A stretch of 64,000 nt of DNA from an uncultured Eubacteriales bacterium. GTDB lineage: Bacteria > Bacillota > Clostridia > Peptostreptococcales > Anaerovoracaceae. Below the pieces are notes generated by a model. That model was not told where the DNA came from. It made no database searches and saw only the letters and a program-made list of their open reading frames with translations. The stretch covers positions 24,467 to 88,466 of the forward strand of contig OMZN01000018.1 in NCBI GenBank assembly GCA_900315555.1, in the 5' to 3' direction. The position numbers and the translations under genes are program-made. Positions 28,200 through 34,512 of this stretch are shown here, piece after piece (positions within the stretch are counted from its first letter, which is position 1; every line of letters starts with the position of its first letter).

Positions 28200-30056
28200 A
28201 TGCGGTACCGAAGGCATGAAACAGCAAAGCGTGAAACCGAAGAGAATGGAAAAAACCTGCAGCGCAGGGCAGGGCAGGCCGTCAAAAAAGTAAAGACGGC
28301 TTTTCTGCCAGTTATCCTGTCTCTTTTCATGCTCTGCATTCTCGGGATTTCCCCTTTTGCTGCCGGCAATGGTGTGCAGGCAGCCGATGAAGGCGGCAGT
28401 GCCTATGCCGGTACGTGGCACCTGCAGTATGCGCTTTCGTATACGGCGTCGACGAAGATGTATCGTCTGACGCAGGTGAAGGTTGATACCGGTTCCCCGT
28501 CACAGACGATCGGCGGCGTGATCCTGCGCTATCCTTCTTCACTGCAGCTCAAGGGGGCAGATGACAGCTGGAAGCCGCAGAAGATCAAGCAGGGAGAGGC
28601 CGCGAAGGGTGCTTCCGCAGAGGAGACGATACAGGGCTATGTGCCTGCGGAGGGTACGGCGGAGCGTATAGCCTCCCAGCTGGAGCGTCTGCGCTTTTAC
28701 TCGGCTGGAGGACCGATCACGAAGGGATCCATCGGCGTGCAGATCGACACGGTGTACCGGCCGCTGCTTTCTTTCACTGATGCGAAGGGTACGGTGCACT
28801 ACTACGAGGTCGTCAAGAAGCGCTGCCCCTGGTCCGAAGCCTATAATGCAGCCAAAAAGAAGAAGCTGCTGGGCATGCGGGGCTATCTTGCCACCATTAC
28901 CTCGCAGGCGGAGCAGAATTTCATCTATAATAACATCAACAAGGAAGGCGGCTGGCTGGGCGGTACCCGCTATCTGATCCGGACCGCAGATGGCAGGACG
29001 GCGAGGATCAAAGACGATGCTTCAGTCGATGCCGCTGCCCTGATCAAGGACACCGCCAGCGCCGATGCCTGGTACTGGGCGGACGGCCCTGAGGCAGGGC
29101 AGGTCTTCTACGACAGACCGACAGCGGCAAGCCCCTATGGCGAGGGCGGTCCGGAAAAAATGTTCTGCTGGTTCAGTGACGGCGAGCCGAATAATTTCGG
29201 CAGCGGGGAAGGATGCCTTCAGTTTGCCTATATGAACGATAGGTGGAATGATCTGGCAGATCATGCAGACACCTCCTGCGCGAACTACTATGTGGAATAC
29301 AGCCGGTATGGCAATGATGCGGATACCGGTGAGATGAAAGACTATGCATCCCATACGGCGGCACTGGATGCGGCGGCGGTGCTTCCTGCGGAGGTGCATA
29401 CGAAAGTTTCTCTTTCTGCCGGCAGCCGGTCAGCGGATGCCATGCTGCACGTGCTGCAGGAGCAGGATCCTGCCCTTGATATCTCGTCCCTGACGGTGGA
29501 CCGGGTGACGCTGGATCGCCTGAACTCAGCGATCCTGAAGGGAAAGCCGGGTGTCTATCCGGTGAAGATCTTTCTGCACACGCAGGGAAGCGATCAAAAA
29601 ACGCCGGCTTATATACTTCATGTCCGTCTGAGGCTGAACGGCTATCGGGTCGAGCAGGCGCCGACCACGACGATAGCGAACACAGCAAAGCCGCTCAGCA
29701 AAAATGAACTGCTGCGGCAGGCAGGGGTTATTGTCTATGATGAAGACGGCAATCCGGCAGATATTTCCGTGCTTTCGGCGGATGAGAAAGGGCTGGCGCG
29801 TCTCAATCGTGCCATCGAAAGACAGACTCCGGGAAGGTATCAGGTGGGGGTGTATGATCCGAACGGCGGCCGGCATATGATCAGCGTGACCGTTGCGCCC
29901 AAGGACGAGACGCCTGTGCAGGCGGTATCTTCTGCAGGCGGCACGGCATCGGCAGCGGCAACGGGGGACGATCGACTGCTGGCTGTGCCATGGATCATGC
30001 TGGCAGCGGCGCTGGCCGCACTGAGTGCATGGATGGTGCGGCGCCGCAGACATTAG
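28200..30056 (+). CDS. secreted surface protein with C-type lectin domain, two Ig-like repeats and C-terminal anchor
   Basis: AGGAG RBS before the ATG at 28200. Signal peptide AFLPVILSLFMLCILGISPFAAG. CTLD motifs: GWLGG, WYWADG, GEPNN, EGC, WND and a C near the end. The tail is AAATGDD + hydrophobic helix + RRRRH. Confidence 0.8.
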   Translation: MRYRRHETAKRETEENGKNLQRRAGQAVKKVKTAFLPVILSLFMLCILGISPFAAGNGVQAADEGGSAYAGTWHLQYALSYTASTKMYRLTQVKVDTGSPSQTIGGVILRYPSSLQLKGADDSWKPQKIKQGEAAKGASAEETIQGYVPAEGTAERIASQLERLRFYSAGGPITKGSIGVQIDTVYRPLLSFTDAKGTVHYYEVVKKRCPWSEAYNAAKKKKLLGMRGYLATITSQAEQNFIYNNINKEGGWLGGTRYLIRTADGRTARIKDDASVDAAALIKDTASADAWYWADGPEAGQVFYDRPTAASPYGEGGPEKMFCWFSDGEPNNFGSGEGCLQFAYMNDRWNDLADHADTSCANYYVEYSRYGNDADTGEMKDYASHTAALDAAAVLPAEVHTKVSLSAGSRSADAMLHVLQEQDPALDISSLTVDRVTLDRLNSAILKGKPGVYPVKIFLHTQGSDQKTPAYILHVRLRLNGYRVEQAPTTTIANTAKPLSKNELLRQAGVIVYDEDGNPADISVLSADEKGLARLNRAIERQTPGRYQVGVYDPNGGRHMISVTVAPKDETPVQAVSSAGGTASAAATGDDRLLAVPWIMLAAALAALSAWMVRRRRH

Positions 30057-30112
30057 AGCCGGCGGCGGACAGCCGAACGGATCCATAGACAGTGTGTAAT
30101 ACAAATCAAAAT

Positions 30113-30164
30113 GGACGGCAGCGCAGGGAACGGGTGCGATCCCTGGACAGTCGTCCGTTTTTTG
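30113..30164 (+). terminator. intrinsic terminator after lectin gene
   Basis: Composite stem GGACG...CAGGGA / TCCCTG...CGTCC followed by GTTTTTT. Confidence 0.65.
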
Positions 30165-30293
30165 GTGCGGAAAACGTGCCAAAGATTATTTTGTATACAG
30201 GATGCAGAGCGGGTGCGGAGGACTCAGATATTGAAACTATGCAGATAAGAATGTCATGCATACCAAACTCGCATTGCATTTTTTGTGAACAGA

Positions 30294-30322
30294 TTGACAT
30301 TCGTACGGCCATTTAGTAGACT
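30294..30322 (+). promoter_or_regulatory. candidate nifJ promoter
   Basis: TTGACA (30294-30299), 17-nt spacer, TAGACT (30317-30322). This leaves a 5' UTR of about 185 nt. Confidence 0.4.
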
Positions 30323-30511
30323 TAAAAGGTGCAATCGAAAGATCGCCGCACATGAACTGAAAATCGCTATGCACTGAAGTGCTGCGGGTTCTGTATCAGT
30401 CCTGCGTGCCGGATTGAGCGGAATGGCTGCTGCAAAGCAAGCTGCTGCAGTTTCTGTATCGGTCTGTGCGTTGAATCAAAGATTCGAGCAGGTTATGAAA
30501 TGGAGGGTATG

Positions 30512-33500
30512 ATGTCAAAAAAAGTTATGAAGACCATGGATGGAAATAACGCCGCGGGGTACGTATCCTATGCGTTTACCGATGTTGCGGCTATCTATCC
30601 TATCACACCGAGTTCTCCGATGGCGGAGCATGTTGATGAAATGTCGGCACACGGTCAGAAGAACATCTTCGGCCAGAAGGTCAAGGTCGTGGAGATGCAG
30701 TCTGAGGGCGGTGCCTCCGGTACGGTGCATGGATCGCTTGCATCCGGCGCGCTGACCACAACCTATACCGCTTCCCAGGGGCTGCTGCTGATGATCCCGA
30801 ACATGTATAAGATCGCGGGCGAATTTCTGCCCTGCGTATTTCATGTGACCGCAAGAACGCTGGCTACGCATGCGCTGTGTATTTTCGGCGATCACTCCGA
30901 TGTCATGGCTACACGGCAGACCGGCTTTGCCATGCTCTGCTCTTCCTCGGTGCAGGAGGTCATGGATCTGGGTGCCGTTGCGCATCTGTCCACCATCAAG
31001 AGCAGTGTGCCGTTCCTTCATTTCTTTGATGGATTCAGAACATCGCACGAAATCCAGAAGATCGAAGTGCTTGATTACGATGATCTGGCTGCCATCACCG
31101 ATATGGATGCTGTGAAGCGCTTCCGCGAGAACGCACTGAACCCCGAGCATCCGAAGATCCGCGGCACGGCGCAGAACCCCGACATCTTCTTCCAGGAAAG
31201 ACAGGCTGGTGCAACGCGTTACAATGCAGTGCCCGACGTGGTGCAGGACTACATGAACGAGATCGAGAAGATCACCGGCCGCAGCTATCATCTCTTTGAC
31301 TATGTAGGTGCCGAGGATGCAGATCGGGTGATCATTGCGATGGGTTCCGTATGTGAGACCATCGAGGAGACCATCAATGCTCTCAATGCCAAGGGCGAGA
31401 AGCTGGGCCTCGTCAAGGTCAGACTGTATCGACCCTGGAGCCCCGAGGCAATCATGAAGGTCATCCCCAAGACCACCAAGAAGATCGCTGTGCTGGACCG
31501 CACCATGGAGCCGGGCGCACAGGGCGATCCGCTCTATATGGATGTCAAGACCATGTATGAAGGCAAGGAAGACGCTCCGGTCATCGTCGGCGGCAGATAC
31601 GGCCTTGGATCCAAGGACACGACGCCGGGACAGATCGTGGCTGTTTACAAGAATCTGGCACAGGATACACCCAAGAACCAGTTTACCATTGGTATTGTCG
31701 ATGATCTGGGCGGCACGTCGCTGCCGACAGAGTCCATCAGCACCGAGCCGGAGGGCACTGTCAGATGCAAGTTCTGGGGCCTTGGTTCCGATGGTACCGT
31801 TGGTGCCAACAAGCAGGCTATCAAGATCATCGGTGACCATACCGATATGTATGCGCAGGGCTACTTCAGCTACGACTCCAAAAAGTCGGGCGGCATTACG
31901 GTATCTCATCTGCGCTTTGGCAAGAACAAGATTCAGTCTACCTACCTGATCACGGAAGCGGACTTCATCGCCTGTCACAACCAGGCTTATGTTCATCAGT
32001 ACGATGTACTGGAAGGCCTCAGGAAGGGCGGCACCTTCTTCCTTAACTGCGCCTGGAAGCCGGAAGAAGTCGGCGATCATCTGCCGGCGCATATGAAGAA
32101 GTACATCGCAGAGAACGACATCAATTTCTACGTCATCAACGGAACGGCCATCGGAGAGGAGATCGGTCTGGGCAACAGGATCAACATGATCATGCAGTCC
32201 GCTTTCTTCAAGCTTTCCGGCGTCATTCCCGAAGAGGATGCGGTTAAATACCTGAAGGATTCCATTAAGAAGACTTACGGCAAGAAGGGCGAGAAGATCG
32301 TCAACATGAACTATGAGGCTGTGGACCGCGGCATCTCCGGTGCTGTCAAGGTGGATTATCCGGCTTCCTGGTCGGATGCCGTGGAAGAAGCACCTGCCAA
32401 GAAAGATGTACCGGCCTTCATTTCCGATATTCTCGAGCCCATGAATGCACAGAAGGGCGACACTCTTCCCACCAGCGCTTTCAAGGATATGGTGGACGGC
32501 GAGTTCCCCTCCGGCACAGCGGCTTACGAAAAGAGAGGCGTTGCCGTGCATGTTCCTTCCTGGACTGCCGACAAGTGCATCCAGTGCAACCAGTGTTCCT
32601 TCGTCTGCCCGCACTCCGCTATCCGGCCGGTGCTGGTTACCGAAGAGGAGAAGAAGGCGGCGCCTGCCGGCTTTGAGACTGTGCCTGCCAAGGGCAAGGG
32701 CATGGAAGGACTGTATTACAGAATGCAGGTGGATGAGCTCGACTGCCTCGGCTGCGGCAACTGTGCTGATATCTGCCCGATGAAGGGCAAGGGCGATCCG
32801 CTCGTCATGAAGCGCTACGATGAAGATGACAAGACACAGGCAGAAAACTGGACCTTCGCGATGAAGGTGCCGACAAAGGAACAGGCCGTCGACAGGAAGT
32901 CGGTCAAGGGCAGCCAGTTTGTACAGCCCTACTTCGAATTTTCCGGTGCCTGCGCAGGCTGCGGCGAGACGCCGTACATCAAGGTCATCACGCAGCTGTT
33001 TGGCGACCGCATGATGATTGCCAATGCGACAGGATGCTCCTCCATCTGGGGCGCCAGCGCACCTTCGATGCCGTATACCAAGGATGCACAGGGCAGAGGA
33101 CCTTCCTGGGCCAATTCCCTGTTCGAGGATAATGCAGAGTACGGACTCGGCATGGCGGTCGGTGTCAGACAGCAGAGAGAACGTCTGGCTGACCTGCTCG
33201 GCAGCCTGGCTGAGACCACATCTGATGCTGCTCTCAAGGAAGCGGCCAAGGCGTGGATCGACGGCATGGATGAAGGCGAAGATACCCGCGCTCGCGCCGA
33301 TGCAGTGACAGCTGCTCTGCAGACAGCTTCGCTTACCGCAGACGAAAAGAAACTGGCAGATGAGGTTCTGGAGAAGAAGGATCATCTGGTCAAGAAGTCC
33401 GTATGGGCTCTCGGCGGTGACGGATGGTCTTACGATATCGGTTACGGCGGACTGGATCACGTGCTGGCCAGCGGCGAGGACATCAATGTGCTCGTATTCG

Positions 33501-34045
33501 ATACTGAAGTTTACTCCAACACCGGCGGACAGGCTTCCAAAGCTACGCCGACAGCGGCGATTGCTCAGTTTGCAGCAAGCGGCAAGAAAACCAAGAAAAA
33601 GGATCTGGGCATGATGGCCATGAGCTATGGCTATGTGTATGTTGCACAGGTCGGTATGGGAGCAGACAAGAATCAGTTCCTCAAGGCGGTCACCGAGGCC
33701 GAGAATCATCACGGACCTTCGCTGATCATGTGTTATGCACCCTGCATCAACCATGGTATCCGCAAGGGCATGGGCAAGACACAGGAGAATGTCAAGGATG
33801 CCGTGGACTGCGGCTACTGGCAGCTGTACCGCTACAGCCCGGAGCGCAGGGAAGCCGGCGAGAATCCGTTTATTCTTGATTCCAAGGAACCCAAGGGCGG
33901 ATTCAGAGACTTCATCATGGGCCAGGTGCGTTATGCATCCCTTGCCAAGGCTTTCCCGGATACGGCAGAAGCACTGTTCGAAAAGACGGAGAAAGAGGCC
34001 ATGGAGAAATACGCGGGCTACAAGAAGCTTGCGGAACAGGCCTAG
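30512..34045 (+). CDS. nifJ: pyruvate:ferredoxin (flavodoxin) oxidoreductase
   Basis: About 1177 aa with N-terminal DGNNAAGYVSYAFTDVAAIYPITPSS, two ferredoxin CxxCxxCxxxCP motifs (CIQCNQCSFVCP, CLGCGNCADICP) and the TPP motif GGDGWSYDIG. GGAGG lies 5 nt before the ATG at 30512. Confidence 0.97.
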   Translation: MSKKVMKTMDGNNAAGYVSYAFTDVAAIYPITPSSPMAEHVDEMSAHGQKNIFGQKVKVVEMQSEGGASGTVHGSLASGALTTTYTASQGLLLMIPNMYKIAGEFLPCVFHVTARTLATHALCIFGDHSDVMATRQTGFAMLCSSSVQEVMDLGAVAHLSTIKSSVPFLHFFDGFRTSHEIQKIEVLDYDDLAAITDMDAVKRFRENALNPEHPKIRGTAQNPDIFFQERQAGATRYNAVPDVVQDYMNEIEKITGRSYHLFDYVGAEDADRVIIAMGSVCETIEETINALNAKGEKLGLVKVRLYRPWSPEAIMKVIPKTTKKIAVLDRTMEPGAQGDPLYMDVKTMYEGKEDAPVIVGGRYGLGSKDTTPGQIVAVYKNLAQDTPKNQFTIGIVDDLGGTSLPTESISTEPEGTVRCKFWGLGSDGTVGANKQAIKIIGDHTDMYAQGYFSYDSKKSGGITVSHLRFGKNKIQSTYLITEADFIACHNQAYVHQYDVLEGLRKGGTFFLNCAWKPEEVGDHLPAHMKKYIAENDINFYVINGTAIGEEIGLGNRINMIMQSAFFKLSGVIPEEDAVKYLKDSIKKTYGKKGEKIVNMNYEAVDRGISGAVKVDYPASWSDAVEEAPAKKDVPAFISDILEPMNAQKGDTLPTSAFKDMVDGEFPSGTAAYEKRGVAVHVPSWTADKCIQCNQCSFVCPHSAIRPVLVTEEEKKAAPAGFETVPAKGKGMEGLYYRMQVDELDCLGCGNCADICPMKGKGDPLVMKRYDEDDKTQAENWTFAMKVPTKEQAVDRKSVKGSQFVQPYFEFSGACAGCGETPYIKVITQLFGDRMMIANATGCSSIWGASAPSMPYTKDAQGRGPSWANSLFEDNAEYGLGMAVGVRQQRERLADLLGSLAETTSDAALKEAAKAWIDGMDEGEDTRARADAVTAALQTASLTADEKKLADEVLEKKDHLVKKSVWALGGDGWSYDIGYGGLDHVLASGEDINVLVFDTEVYSNTGGQASKATPTAAIAQFAASGKKTKKKDLGMMAMSYGYVYVAQVGMGADKNQFLKAVTEAENHHGPSLIMCYAPCINHGIRKGMGKTQENVKDAVDCGYWQLYRYSPERREAGENPFILDSKEPKGGFRDFIMGQVRYASLAKAFPDTAEALFEKTEKEAMEKYAGYKKLAEQA

Positions 34046-34130
34046 CGGCGGCCTCCTGGCTGAGTGCATCGCCTGCGCAGCTTTTTTAGAGCAGTGCATG
34101 GCGGCGCAGCAGCCATGAAACAAAGAAAAA

Positions 34131-34166
34131 CGGCCCGGCACAGATGTGCCGGGCCGCTTGTATTTT
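34131..34166 (+). terminator. intrinsic terminator after nifJ
   Basis: 11-bp GC stem CGGCCCGGCAC / GTGCCGGGCCG, loop AGAT, then CTTGTATTTT. Confidence 0.8.
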
Positions 34167-34340
34167 GCGGAAAAAATAGTATTTTATCTTCTTAATGACC
34201 GTTCGTACAGATATTTTACCGATTGTGTAAGTGGATTGACATCGGAAAAGGGGTTTAACATACTAAATATCAAAGACAAAGAAAGAAACTGCGGCGTTAT
34301 TTTTTGTGATCCTGCAAAAGATATTTTGTTTGCAGAAAGA

Positions 34341-34370
34341 AATGTGGATTGTGTAAATGTGGATTGTGTA
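34341..34370. repeat. perfect tandem 15-bp direct repeat (AATGTGGATTGTGTA x2) upstream of pilus operon
   Basis: Read directly at 34341-34355 and 34356-34370. A degenerate third copy, GATTGTGTAAGTGGATTG, lies at 34221-34238. Confidence 0.9.
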
Positions 34371-34512
34371 GAAGAATAGACATGTATTTCTTGCAGCCGG
34401 CGATGCTGACACAACTGTATGCCCATGCATTGAAGAGAGAATGCAGTCCTTTGATGTGCATGTGTTTTTTACATGGGGCGGCTGCGGCTTATCCGGCAAG
34501 GTGAAGGAAAGA

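Noticed and set aside
30515-34141. 1208-aa antisense ORF opposite nifJ, the longest ORF in the track on the minus strand.
   Set aside because: The plus-strand product is an unmistakable PFOR. The antisense frame is in exact codon register with it and is stop-free only because nifJ avoids TTA, CTA and TCA. The translation is low-complexity (Arg/Ala/Gly/His-rich) with no motif and no RBS.
34341-34370. Whether the 15-bp tandem repeat, or the TGTGCA array at 48904-48951, could be a CRISPR array.
   Set aside because: The repeats are directly adjacent or about 5 nt apart, with no 25-40-nt spacers. The units are far shorter than CRISPR repeats, and no cas genes are present.
34146-34379. 77-aa ORF covering the pilus upstream spacer; its NVDCVNVDCV comes from the 15-bp tandem repeat.
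   Set aside because: It starts inside the nifJ terminator hairpin and has no RBS. It is AT-rich with odd composition, and its repeat-derived peptide is a by-product of the DNA repeat.
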